Origin: Phoronis australis
Taxonomy: Eukaryota; Animalia; Phoronida
NCBI GenBank assembly: GCA_002633005.1
Contig: NMRA01000886.1
Span: forward strand, 40,544-104,339
Reading direction: 5' to 3'
Length of the DNA stretch: 63,796 bases
The notes under the pieces are model-generated. The model worked only from the letters and a program-made list of their open reading frames with translations. It was not told the DNA's origin and searched no databases. Positions 13,875 to 39,139 of the stretch are shown in pieces (positions within the stretch are counted from its first letter, which is position 1; every line of letters begins with the position of its first letter). The position numbers and the translations under genes were made by a program.

Positions 13875-15547
13875 AGTAGTATGGTAAGTCATTTAGGCGC
13901 CCCATTTATGAGGGTCCTCGGTCAAAGGTCAAACGGAAAGGTCAAAGGTCACGTGTGACGATTTCAACCGGAAATAACGTCATCTGCCTACAGGACGGAA
14001 GTGGCAATGACGTCATACCTCATTACGTAATGGGTTTCATTGGACCTGTTTGAGAGGGACCTCAATCCAAGGCCAAGGTCATGCGTGTAATCGGGAGTCA
14101 TCGGTAGACCGGAAAAACTAGTGGAAATCATGTGATTTCTGACGTTATCAGGTAAGTTATGGCGTGGCACCGTCCACCACCCGGATGTTCGTAGAGTTCA
14201 GCAGATCGAAAGCGGAAACAAAATAGGGATTATGCTGCGCACTGAATAAGAACAAAATGGTGATTCCCTTATTTCGCCTGGGTCACGTGTCGTCGTTGTA
14301 TATTGCTTGTTCTCTCTCATTTCTCAACAACAGATGTCGCGTATAATCCGTGCGTGAAATGTGACGGGACGTTCGTAACTTTACCCTTATTGTTATTCTT
14401 ATTTAGTTGCAAATGTTCAGTTATTCTTATGCTAATGTCTTTGTTGCGTCTCAGTGCACCTTTGTTACGTGGGCATGTGGGCGCGACTGTATGTGTCGGG
14501 CACTTCGCTAGCGACAGGCTTAGGAGAAGGGTGTTTCCTTCCTTTGCTTTCATGAAAATTGATCGTTATCATGTGCAATTGAACTGAAACGTATGCCTGA
14601 TGAGAGGAAATACATATTTTTGATGTTCAGTGGAGACTTGCTCTGTTACAGAAAGATGATAAGGGAATATTGTGACCACCTAACTCAACAACAGATGTCG
14701 CTCATACCTAACCCAGGTACTGACGGTACTAAGCTAAAATAGAACATAAACTTCATATTGTTTAAAGGTGTATTAATAGCAAAGTGCATTCGAATACACT
14801 ACAAAAACCGTCAAGACGTCCAGACACCATTATCCGTACAAGTAGCAAATTATTAAATGTCCTGAATTAAATGTTCAAAGGTTCAGTGGTGACGCCGTCG
14901 TGAAACACCTGTTTTTTGGGATAAGTTTAGGTGAATGCACACCTCTCTCAGTCTTGAAAATATGTATACATGGTGTTATCGCCGCCTAACCGATATCCTT
15001 TGCTGAGAGCCGAGCTACTCTTCGTGCGAGACTCGCTCACTCGTATACAACGATTGTCACAGGTCTAACATCGAGTGGAAAAACTCAGTGGAACATGCGA
15101 CGTCTGCAAAATATCACTGCGATGATTCATCCTACTCCGGACAGTGTGACGTGTTGTTTCTTCGAATATCGAGATGTATTTTCTAACTTGACCAACGTCA
15201 ACTTTGTAGAAGGGTTGCCTGAACTTTGCAGTTTCGATAAACGCAAGAGGCATCTCGTGGTCATCAACGGCATGATGAGTGAATTGGATGGCACTGTGAC
15301 AAACATATTTATTAAAGGCAGTCACCATAGAAACGTGTGCGTTGTTTTGACGGTTCAAAAATTGTTTTCTAAAAACAAAGAGATGTGCACCATTAGTCTA
15401 AACACTCACTACCCTGTGCTGTTTAAAAAACCCCGCGATAAAACACAAATTGTGCACCTCGCTAAGCAGATTTATCCGGGGAATACCAGATTCGTACAGG
15501 AAGCGTTTGCAGAAGCTACCAATAACCTTTCGGTTAACATGCACTAG
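13875..15547 (+). mobile_element. Polinton/Maverick relic: putative left terminus plus packaging ATPase fragment
   Basis: Begins AGTAGT, then a segment rich in GGTCAAAGGTCA, CGGAAG and TGACGTCA; ATPase at 15032-15547. Confidence 0.6.
15032..15547 (+). pseudogene. Polinton/adintovirus-type FtsK/A32-like packaging ATPase, degenerate
   Basis: In-frame Walker A GLTSSGKT upstream of the listed ORF; KGSHHRN, TISLNTHY and LFKKPRD..QI..LAKQIYP motifs; Walker B degraded to VVINGMM; truncated at the 3' end. Confidence 0.8.
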
Positions 15548-15555
15548 TTTCTTCT

Positions 15556-16062
15556 TCTAGCTATTTTATAAAATGCATCGTTTGCACAAACTCCGTCTCC
15601 CCCGCTCCACTACAGACCTTCGTTGCGCCCGTTTCTGAACCGCCTTACTTCCAGGTATTGCACCGGCCCCCTATTTGGATTCGGGGTGTACTATTTTTTA
15701 TTCTCGCGGGCCGTTTTTTCGCGAACGCGAAGGGAGGGTGGCCAGTTTCGTACTGGGTTTGGTGACGTCAATCCGTCGGCTCAACGGCCTTGGTGACGTC
15801 AATCCGTCGGCTTAATTTCACTCCCTCGGGCTTTCTACCTCAGTATATGTACATTTATGAAGCAACTTTTGTAAATACACTTATATACTTTGTGTACTTT
15901 CGCTCTAAAAATATCTGATCACCGTACTTTGTGTTACGGCAGGGTCAAATGTTCTGGAAAGAAATTTCTACTGCCTGGGGAAAGAATCTCGCATCCACAC
16001 ACTATTTCCTCTCGGCGCTTCCCACCGGCTGCTACCCGTGCAAAACCCCGGGTAACGGCTAG
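15556..16062 (+). mobile_element. Non-autonomous Helitron
   Basis: 5' TC then AT-rich; 3' hairpin TACCCG...CGGGTA followed by CTAG|T; related sequence at 55750-56297. Confidence 0.7.
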
Positions 16063-16348
16063 TATTATTTTAAACTTTCAATGTGTTTGTATTATTTATC
16101 AAACGAGACTACGAAACACACGAAGCCCTAGGTATAAGAAGACTGGGACGATACGCCATTCATTTATTACGCCACGCATGAGCTTTTTCGCAAAATATTT
16201 GAATATTTTGTTCAACTGCTCGTTTCCAGAGCTACTGAAATCCTTTTCAAAGAAACCTTCAACAAAACCAAAAGTTCACGAGGTGCACACAACAGATTGC
16301 CTGTACACGAAGTGGAAACAGACGTTGCCTGCTTAGCCTCGCTTCGAG

Positions 16349-17470
16349 ATGAGTCCGTTACCGAATGCCTTGAAAATTTTGACGGTGGTGATTTGTGTGG
16401 AATGTTTACTTAACTCCCAAGAAAACATGCGAAGCTGTTGGTTTTTGAAACAAACTGACGTTGTCGTGAGAGCAACCATCCAGACTATTGTAAAGAAGTT
16501 TGTGTCGCAGTGCGCGCAAGAGTGTTTACAGGACGTGGAATGTACTGCTTTTTCAGTAGAGGAAGAGGGCACAGACTCAGTCAAATGCAACTTAACTACG
16601 TCGTGTTACCTTGTTCTTGGTACACAACAGAAAGGCTCCCATCTTTATGAGAAACCACTGACTGTTCCGCAATTTGGTTTCAAATGGATTCACACACAAC
16701 GGAAAACTGGATTTTTTTGGATCGCTTCCGGGCAATCTGGAGTGTGGGCGACACATACAGACGGTTCCATCTGGTACAAAAGTGGCACGTACAGAGCGAG
16801 CGGAACCAACCCATCGACTGGAGGTGATTGGCTGCAGATATCAGGAGGCTTAACATACATCTCATCCGGGACAAACGTGGTTTGGGGAACGAACAGTTAT
16901 GATCATATCTACTATAGGTCGTCAGTAAATTCAAACCAACCAACCGGAAGTGGTTGGCTGTTAGTCAGTGGTGGTTTGAGGCAAATAAGTGTTTCCTCCT
17001 ACTCAAATGAAGTATGGTCCGTAAACAGCCAACAAAATCTTTTCCGGCGGATTGGTTCATCGTTGACATCGTTTGGAAATGACTGGACTTACATTGACCT
17101 TAACATTACACAAGTGTCCGTGGGAAAAGCAGGCGTTTGGGCCGTGAGATCAACAGGGGAAATGGTCTACAGGAAGGGAACTTATCAGACACCAGGGACG
17201 GCTGGAAGCGGCTGGGAGACGGTATATTGCCCATACACTGTCAGTAGAATAAGTGTTGGTGATGACGTGGTTTTTATCACTACTACAGACAACTTGGTGC
17301 ATTTCCGTTATGGAATGTGTGCTCGAAACCCCACTGGACGAAAATGGTCTAACTTTGAAGGAAATTTTAAACTGATCGATATCGACGACGTAAGTGGTAC
17401 CATCTGGGCACTGGATGTCGAAGGCCGTCCGTGGTTCAAAAACGGAAGTAATAATTGGCAAACGGTGTAA
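16349..17470 (+). CDS. Predicted secreted PAN/Apple-domain + six-bladed tectonin (tachylectin-1/L6/fish-egg-lectin-like) beta-propeller lectin, 373 aa, uninterrupted ORF
   Basis: Longest ORF in the window; hydrophobic N-terminus; CAQECLQDVECTAFSV...C PAN pattern; six repeats of W..I.G.L..IS.G...VW......I.YR.G. Confidence 0.85.
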   Translation: MSPLPNALKILTVVICVECLLNSQENMRSCWFLKQTDVVVRATIQTIVKKFVSQCAQECLQDVECTAFSVEEEGTDSVKCNLTTSCYLVLGTQQKGSHLYEKPLTVPQFGFKWIHTQRKTGFFWIASGQSGVWATHTDGSIWYKSGTYRASGTNPSTGGDWLQISGGLTYISSGTNVVWGTNSYDHIYYRSSVNSNQPTGSGWLLVSGGLRQISVSSYSNEVWSVNSQQNLFRRIGSSLTSFGNDWTYIDLNITQVSVGKAGVWAVRSTGEMVYRKGTYQTPGTAGSGWETVYCPYTVSRISVGDDVVFITTTDNLVHFRYGMCARNPTGRKWSNFEGNFKLIDIDDVSGTIWALDVEGRPWFKNGSNNWQTV

Positions 17471-18289
17471 ATTGTCTATCTGAATTAGACTGACACTGGT
17501 TTTAGTTCTATAAGTTTTACTTTGGTGTTCTGTTTGTTCACTAGGAGATAGCACTTGATTGACAATAACCTATGATGTCAGACTAGCCATGGTGTAATTT
17601 GTTTACAAAAGATGCTATAGAACATAGAACAGATATTGGGCTTACGTCGGACATTTTGTTTGTAGACTTTTGAACGTAGGGTCCAGAATAACCCACACTA
17701 CGAAAATGGCCAAGCTATAAGAAATTTTAATAGGGTTAAGTTGACATCAATGACGTCACTGGTACTCTTTGGTTGTTGGATGACGACAGCGTCCGTGTTT
17801 CAAAGAGGAGAATAAAAATTGGCAAACGGCATAAACTGTCAAAAATCTGTTGGATGTTCCTCGCACATGGTTCAACGCCTGATATACATGTAACGTCAAG
17901 GCGTCAAATGTTACATGTACTTAGCAAAATTCCCAGGTTACCGAACGGGAACTGAGGTCGCAAAACCTGGTTGGTAAGAGCTGCCACAACGTGGAATTGT
18001 CGTGAGGACTTGACTGGGACCTGACGGGACTCACGCTCCACTGGCTTATCTACACTGATTTGAAAAGGCTTTGTCCAGTCACACGTTGTGGATCTTAAAA
18101 GAGGTGATACCTACAGTTGACGCCGCAGCAGAAGTACTTTCGTTCATCACATTGGTGCACACTCACAGGATAAATTAAGGATTACGCTCTTATTAACTAT
18201 TCGACTGTCAGCATGTTTCGAGAGACTTAACCTCAATGCTGCGGTGGCTGTAAAAGGACGGCACGGCAAATTTATTTCTCCGTTGCTAA

Positions 18290-18450
18290 CTCTATCGATA
18301 GACTTACTACCTCTATCGATAGACTTACTATCTCTCGATAGACTTCGTAACTCAGTCGATAGACTTATTAACTCTATTGATAGACTTATTATTCCTATCG
18401 ATAGAGTCACTATCTCTATCGAAAGACTTATTAACTATATGGATAGTGTT
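18290..18450. repeat. ~21-bp tandem repeat with palindromic CTATCGATAG core
   Basis: About 7-8 degenerate units; the same motif recurs at 22080-22112 and 22310-22320. Confidence 0.8.
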
Positions 18451-19174
18451 ACGATATCGAGGTTGCTACCTCGGTTTCAAATCAAAATGGAGGACCGAAA
18501 CAAGCATATTGTCGATTTATTTAAGTTAGGACTGACTTAAAATGAAATAATAAAGGTACCCATACGTCGTTTTGGAGCGTCACTAAGCACAAGGCAATTG
18601 CGACGTGTTTTAGGCGACTTACGGACTTCGGCGCCGTAAAAAATGTGTCTGCTTTTGATGAAATGGTTCGCTTTGTTGAAGAACACGTCGCGGGTTCAGG
18701 TCAGATGCACGGTTATAGAATTATGCATCAGAAGTGCATAGCAAATGGTGTAACTGTACCACGAGGGACAATTTGACAGTTGTTAACTATCATTGATCTG
18801 TCTGGAGTTATAGCCAACGTTGTGAACGGCTAGTTCGGAGGATATGCTTTCAAAAATTGAGCCTAACAAACCGTCATATCCAAGTGACAGTCCGCTTTCG
18901 TTGTCTGGCGTCTTCGCTCATGGCGAGTTGCTATCACAAGAGCGTTTTCATTTAATTTTAATGTGTCTATTGTCACTTATTCATTGTCTTTTATCGTGTT
19001 CTCCGGCCCTTGGGGTCTTATAATAAATAATTGCGAATTCAAACAGTTACTTCCGATGCGACACTTTTTGTTTATACAATGCAATTTTGATACCAGATGT
19101 GAATGTTTGCACTGAAACGTAAACATTATTTATTGATTATTTAATTACTGAATGACAACAAGGCTCATAAATTA

Positions 19175-21177
19175 TCGGGAATGTTACCGGTTCCGTACCA
19201 GTTATCATTATCGTACCACGTATTTTCCCGCCAAACTACGTATGCTTGCCACCCAAGAGAGTGATCACTTTTAGCGACCTCAGACGGCGACAACAGAAAG
19301 CCAAGCAAAATGTCGAGCAGACAACCCGGTGAAAAACGGTAAGCATTTTCCACTTTTTTGACATGTTGATGTAAATTTTAGCTCCCATGAATAGTGTGAT
19401 AAGACAACAACAAGTATAGCAAATGAGTGAACCGATGTGCCATCTGATAGCTCATTCTCATCTCTTTGTATGGTATAATTTCTGGTTGCCAAATCGCGTG
19501 CCAAATATTTTCAGCCCACGTGTTTGAAAATAGGTCAGTGTCACGAGTGTCGTACCACTACAGGTCACGGGTAAGGTACCCTGGGTACGGTACATGTAAC
19601 CAAGAGGTACGATACACAAAACGTGATACGAGTAGGTAATGTGTTGGTTTTTTTTTTGCTTTTTAGTACTATTTTTTACTTTCAGGAAAAAGCCATCGCC
19701 GTTGTCATGGACATCGGAGGATATGCAGAACTGTCTCAAAGCTATGGATGAAGGATTGGGATTTAACGCTGCTTCTAAGCTATTTGGTATCCCAAAGCCA
19801 ACTATTCGCCGTCACCGCATGGGTCTGAATAAGTACGCAAAACATATCAACTTACGCGGAGGCGCAAAAGTTTTGCCTACAGAAATAGAAACTAATTTGG
19901 TAGAACACATAAAAGGTCTTGACGATCTTTTTTTGGTATCACACCAAAAGATGTTATGAAACTTGCATATCAATTGGCAAAATCCCATGGCATCCATAAA
20001 TTTAGCGAAACAAAACAGTCTGCCAATAAAACCTGGTACTACAGCTTTATGAGACAACATCCAGAACTCAGTCTGCGCACCCCAGAATCTACATCTATTG
20101 GTCGCATGAAAGGTTTCAACCGCCGAGCTGTTTCAGATTTCTTCGATAAATATTACGAGCTAATTGAATTACACGGATTTACTGCTCACAGAGTGTTTAA
20201 TATGGATGAAACTGGACATTCTACCGTGCAAAGGCCGTCGAAAGTGATCTCAGCGAAAGGGAAACGTCAAGTTGGAGCAGCAACAACCACTGAACAAGGA
20301 ACAAATACTACTGGTGTCCACTGTCATTCCGCCATTGTTCAATACATCCCCACAATGCTCATCTTCAAGAGGAAAAGACTGTGTGATTCCTTGAAAGTTG
20401 ATGCACCCACTGGTACTATTTTTGCCTGCACTAATTCAGGATGGATTGACTCTATAGTTTTCATTGAATGGCTTCGTCTAATATCCGATCAGTGAATGCC
20501 TCAGTTGAAAATAAAGTCCTTCTTCTACTCGACGGACATGCATCCCACACAAAAAACCTTGGCGCCATTAAGCTAGCGCAGGAAAATGGTGTTTTCATTT
20601 TCTCCTTCCCCAGTCACACAACGCACAGGCCGTAAACCCTTAGATGTTAGCTTTTTAAGTCATAATTGTGATTCCGATGTAGACTCTGATTAACCTACAT
20701 AAACCAGGCAATTTAAGTATGTTACATAAGTACAGTTGACTGATCCATTTTGTTATCTTTAAGTGTTGGTTTGTTCGCACATATTTATAAAGACGTCTGT
20801 TAGCACTAGAATCATAGGGAAATGCTGTTTCTTGTAATATGTTTCTATGTGGCAAATAAAAGGTTTGACTGTTTGCTCTGTTGCCTTGTTCAATTTTGCT
20901 TGGTGAAATACACGTAGTTATTAGTATAGTACCACTGGTACGATTGTGATGTTCGACAGGTACGAATTACAAAACCAGTCATGTGAATCGTACTTTTATT
21001 GACTTTTCTACAACCGTGTTTTGCAGCTAAAACATAATCATTATTCTTCTAAATCACATGTGCGGTTATACGTGTGAAGCCACTTAGGCTATGAGATAGC
21101 TCCCGATTCAGTGGCTAGTTCAGCGTGGCGTACAGAGGGGTGCATCCTTAAGTGGTACGAAACCAGTAACTTTCCCC
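19175..21177 (+). mobile_element. pogo/Tigger-family (Tc1-mariner) DNA transposon, defective
   Basis: ~25 bp TIRs (GGGAA.GTTAC.GGTT.CGTACCA) flanked by TA; HTH-psq (WTSEDMQNCL..FGIPKPT), CENP-B HTH, FNMDETG, LLLLDGHASH, LDV; frameshift at ~19940 and stop at 20493. Confidence 0.85.
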
Positions 21178-23679
21178 TACAATTGTACTGGTAACTGCAC
21201 ACAACCTGATTGCGCGTGTGATAAACAGGCGGTTAAAACATGGCACTTCGAGGCAATTGTCAGCACACCTTCAAAAACGGAAGCTATTGTCGATAAGCCT
21301 AACCTTCTGAAAGTAACGAATCGTTGACTCTTAAAAACCATTTCACACGTACATGTGACTTGCTTACAGTTACCGCATTAGCTTTTGTACATTGACGTAT
21401 AACACAAGAAATCATATAGTATATGCCAATTCAAATTTTGTTGAAACAATCTATCTCACACATATCTTGCTTACAGTTACCTTCACACTTTGAACTAAAA
21501 AATACACAACACAACACAACACAACAAATCATCTTATACATTATGAAAAAGTTATCTACTCAATTAAAAAAAAACAATTTCAACAGTTCAGTAGTCTACA
21601 TATGAATTCCTGAACCACATCAAAAGCCAACATACTGTCAAACTTGAAATCAACAGTGCAGTGATCTAAGAAACATGATTTTAGACAATATTGCAAACGT
21701 ATTAGCAATGACGGGCTCTGAAAACTAGCTCAGGTGTATCTTGTTTACTCAAATACTGGCAAACCCAGAACGAACTTTTAAACTACAGACTGAAGTGCAA
21801 GGTATAAAAATGGTCGCCAATTTCGAGGTCCAACGGCACATAACAAAATATATATAATGACTGATAAAGCCAAAATGAGTTAGCCGTGTCTACATCTGTA
21901 TTGTATGCCGAGACAAGTGACCAGTTCTTATTCTTCTGTAGCTACCCCCTGTTGGAGGTATGACAGATATAAAACATCATGGGATTCATACAAGATCATT
22001 TGCTGTTGAATAACCGTTACGACTGTCGCTGTGCCTGTGTTGTGGGTCATGATACATCACACGAAGTCCTAAACAGGCATATCGATAGAGTTACTAAATC
22101 TATCGATAGAGATTGCAGGGGCGGATCCAGGATTTTGGGTTGGGGGGGGGGCAGGGCACAGAATAACCAGAATTNCTGGGCAAGACTCTACCAGGTGTTT
22201 AGGAGATTCTACGTCAGTACCACACTCGGGACACACAGGGCTCCCCATATGCCCAGTAATGTGTCTGTGTCGGGCTAGGTTGCAGTGGCCCGTCAAAAAG
22301 GTTACTAAGTTTATCGATAGATGCAAATGCAGGCAGCGCATGTAGGGTTTTTCCACTGAATTATCCTTGAGATAACGTTCTTAATCTCCTAGTGCCTCAG
22401 TTATATATTTTAGGGAGTTGTCTCGAAATAATTCATGATGAAGTCAATTCCCCTTTCGGTGGTATTGTTTTGATTGGTTGTGTTGAGTTGGTATACTGTC
22501 TGCATGGGCCAATCAGCTTTCTAGGTTTTCGCGGAGTATTGAAAAGTCCGTACAGGTATCACTTAATTTTCCTCGGTAAATTTTTTACACTGGCTTTTCT
22601 GATTGGCTAGTGGAATTCTCAACAGGCAGCGCTTTACGCAAACAAACTAGCATGACTGATGGACTGAAGTGTAAATGTGGTCTGTTGTACAGACAAATCG
22701 GTGCTTAAAATTTATGTTCAGGAAATGTGAAGCCTAGAAATTGTGATTGCGCATTTTCGGAATGCATCTTTCCATTGTCGATGACTTTCGTTTACGATAG
22801 TGTCCTGTATTCATACAGTATGAATACCACACCGGTTAAATCGTCCAGATATGTGTTTATTGTACATGCATGTGCTTCAAGCATGCGGCTCTTAAACATC
22901 ACTGCATAAACGAAATAGTTGCTGCGACGTCACTTACATGACAAGACTATAAATCGTTCACAGTCCGCCATTTTTGCATGGTGTTGCAAAGCTAACCAAT
23001 GACTGCCGAGGTTACATCAACCAATGCTAAAGCGCGTGCCACTAAGTGATACCTGCGTGCTGGCTGGGCTAAGCGCGTAGGGAACCAGCGAGGAGTTACT
23101 GTTGCCTCAGGTGCGGTTTCCGTTAGACTTTAATTAAACATTACGTGGAAGGTGTAACGATATCGTTGTTGTTGCCTAATGCTAATGGTATAGTAATTTA
23201 GTTAGTCAACGTAATTTAGACTGTTTTTGTAACGTTTCATATAACCGATAAGAAAACGTTTACCTGTTGCCACCAAGACATAATGCCAATTCGATTTATG
23301 AGCAGTAATGTTATCTGTAGTATTTACCCGTGTAACCGTGAAATAAAATTTTGAAAAATGATAAATTCACCATGTAAAAGAATCCAACCCAGTTGGATTA
23401 TTGGCAATGTACATTGCACTTGCTAGTTGTCCCGCGCTTGGCTTACTGTCCCAGTCCCACTTTTTGAATTTTTACGCCACACCGCCATACCACTCAAAAT
23501 GTCCCACACGCGAAATTGGCATGTTATCCTATACTAGTGTGATTTCCCAAACAACATAGGCCTATTTTCCCGTTCGACTAAAAAAGAGATATTTCACAGC
23601 TTTTGGCGGTAACCACAATTTCCAAAAAAACGCCTTCGTGCACTCTTGGTTGTTACGTCTCCCGTTCGACAAAAAACGT

Positions 23680-24240
23680 CGGAACGTATTTGTGTGTTGT
23701 GGCGAGTATTCCATCCTTGTGTTTAGGCATAGACCCAGATGTTCCTTTGTAATCGGGATGTCCCGCTCTCAAATCCAGTTGACGGGAAGTTTAAAATAAA
23801 TGTAGTATTCCTCATGTGCGTTCCCGTGAGGGCGGGTAAAATGCGTGCATGTCATGTTCTCTTCTTCTGAATGTGTGATACAGGTACAGAACGTCTGCTC
23901 ACCAGCATGCTCCATCTTATTGGAAGCTCATGGTTTTGTTTTGGAGTGCCCTTCTCCTAGACAAGTCGCCTTTCATGGCTGATGAGCCCACTGTCCAGGT
24001 TTATCTCCGAGTTGTCCTCCTAGTACGTGACTTGTCGCCAAGGATCAATATTTTTACAGATTACGGGAGCTGGCCTTACTCGTAGCCGTAGTATGACCCT
24101 TACGAGTTGAAATGGGTTTCGTCTGATCTCTACCTTTCGACCTGGCCGGTATGGGTGGCCCTGCTAGGAGTTTTTAAACTCCCGCCAGCAAAGCTTTAGA
24201 GGTCAAGGAGATACGCAAGCTGTTTCCCTACTACAAGGCA
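23680..24240 (-). mobile_element. RTE-clade LINE 5' UTR relic; paralogous copy at ~41950-42360
   Basis: Minus strand has AGCTTGCG..TGACC..AGCTTTGCTGGCGGGAGT..AGGGCCACCCA and GGGCTCATCAGCC..GTCTAGGAGAAGG motifs like RTE/BovB 5' regions (recognised from memory). Confidence 0.5.
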
Positions 24241-24954
24241 TACATGTACCCAGGAACAGTAATGTAGTATTAAAAATCCTTCTGTAGAGTTGAATACAGT
24301 TTCGTTGGAAAAGCACCTTTCGTGGGAATTTTGATTGAAATAACTCTTTCGCAGGAGAAGTGGTCGTGAAAAAGTCATTTTTCTGAGTGACAGATCCTGG
24401 GCCAATTTCAATGCTTCCAGGGGACCAAAGAAACGCCTAATTATTCCTGTGCAGGAAGCACATCAATAAATCGTCTAGTTGCGGTATTTCTATACCGTAC
24501 AATGTAAAATCGTTCGAGTATGGCAAACAACTAAAGTAACGACTGCCCAATGACTACTGAGCAACACTATATAAATTAAACAACTATATAAACTCAAATT
24601 GTAGTTGCCAACTTGCTTTGATTGACGCTGCAAAATAGCCGAACAACGACACTTACCCATGCAAATCGTTCTCGAATTTCTTACCAAGACAAGACTTTAT
24701 ATAGTACTTGCCACAACATGAAAGATTCCTCGACAATTCGACCTCTTCAATTCGGTCCCTGGTTTCTCAATTCCAAAAAAATTTTCAAACCGAAGTTATC
24801 ATCACTGGCAGAGTAGGTTGCAGCAAGGGAGGTGATGTCCGAACACGTAGGGAGGTGCTCGGCTACCCTGCCCTCCCTAAATCCGCAAGTGATCGTAACA
24901 GTTTATAAACTAAATGCCGGCGGTCTGGCACACGTTGGGGAGCTCATTAAAGGA

Positions 24955-25040
24955 TCTAGGTGTGTGTCCCTGAGGGACTCGAACTCACGAACTTGAGTAA
25001 AGGAGGCGGACACTTATCACTCGGCCACACTGCCACCTCA
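24955..25040 (-). repeat. tRNA-derived SINE head; paralogous copy at ~42995-43075
   Basis: A box TGGCCGAGTG and B box GTTCGAGTCCC; no intact cloverleaf. Confidence 0.55.
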
Positions 25041-25519
25041 GTCGTGACAAGCTTGACCTTTTCTTCGACTTAACATTTAAAAGTAAACCAAATCCTGTTT
25101 TAGACTATTAAGTACCATTTGGTCACTTTTTACAAATCACAAAATCATGTTCTGTCACCTTCATCAACCCTTGAAAGTTGGGAGCAACTTAATCCGGGCC
25201 GAGATCCGAAGACGCAACTTTGTCGAGAAGGAAGCCAGCGTGGTCACGTGCATTGAGTGGCAATATCTCGCAGTCTTGCGTTCTTGCCTGTTCAATCGAC
25301 GAGATAACCGACCGATGTAGAGAAGGACGGCCTAACGTGACGAATGAGTGGACACACCACAGCTGATTATCTACATGAATCGTTTAGGTCTGTGAGAGGC
25401 ACTGACTCTCAATCACTAGAAGGTCGGCTATAAAACCAGTTTTGGGTGAAACTACTTCAACAGGGTTCAGTATCATTTAAAGCAGCGAATAGAAGCCTAT
25501 CTAAATCTGATTGAGGTCA

Positions 25520-38349
<12,830 letters not shown>

Positions 38350-39139
38350 CCTTTCATAAACATACAGTAATCCATGTAGGCCTAAATCACCTGCGCGGCT
38401 CTAAGTTCAAGAATACGAATGTCAGTGGAGGATTCATAAGCCAATACAGCGCATTGCTCAGATGCGGTCAGATTAGGTACGGTGGCACTAAACAATCATC
38501 AGTGCTGCGCAGCCTAGAATTTAAATAAAGGATGATTGGCAGGCCAACTGAAAAGAATTGGTATGATGGTATCCTTTTTCCCAACATCGCCTGATATTAG
38601 CTGAAATGATTCAAGTTCTTTTTCCCCAGTGTCAGCTGATACCAGCTGCAATTGGTCGGGATCTTTTTTCTTTAAGAAATGATTTTCGAAACAGCCCTGG
38701 GTTCTAATTTTTGTAATGGAAATTTATCTCAAAATTATTTTTACCATTTTCCGTCGATTTAAATACAAACTCAAGATAAGTGTTTATAAGTTCTATGCTC
38801 GAGTAAGTTATAGTTTCTGCGCACAAGTTTCTAGACTCAATTCGCCCTTGATTGCCCCAAGATTCGAGCTACGTGCGATTTCGAGTAAAACCTCAAAACT
38901 TTAATGCTATAGTCATCAAGTGCAAACTAGGATCATTAGACAATCATTACGTTCTCGAGCACAGAATTATAGGGTCTAACACTTGTCATGAGTTTGAGTA
39001 AAGACAACAACTTTTCTAAAATCGTAGCGACATGTTTCGGTCGTATCCACAATTGTCAAGCCTTATTCAGAGATGGATGCCAGGTGCAAGATTTCAAGTT
39101 TATTTGGTGTTAAAGTGACGGCGGAGGGGTGATTATGAG

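Larger units (their letters stand above)
18255..22325 (+). mobile_element. IS3EU-like DNA transposon relic, interrupted by a pogo element
   Basis: 18487-18840 encodes MEDRNKHIVDLFKLG..RQLRRVL..GSGQMHGYRIMHQKC..G..V.R....LL..ID.SGV with stops and frameshifts; CTATCGATAG repeats at both ends. Confidence 0.55.

Noticed and set aside
14590-14635. Hammerhead-like CTGATGAG..GAAA; similar motifs at ~31209 and ~48750
   Set aside because: No proper stems II and III; the 31209 motif is not conserved in the paralogue
16349-17600. Lectin as a processed retrogene
   Set aside because: No poly-A remnant or TSD visible; an uninterrupted ORF alone is insufficient
18290-18450. CRISPR-like array
   Set aside because: Contiguous degenerate units without unique spacers, no cas genes, eukaryotic TE context
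25120-25175. SECIS candidate (ATGA..AA hairpin) in the B/C 3' region
   Set aside because: Lacks the 3' GA of the non-Watson-Crick quartet in both copies
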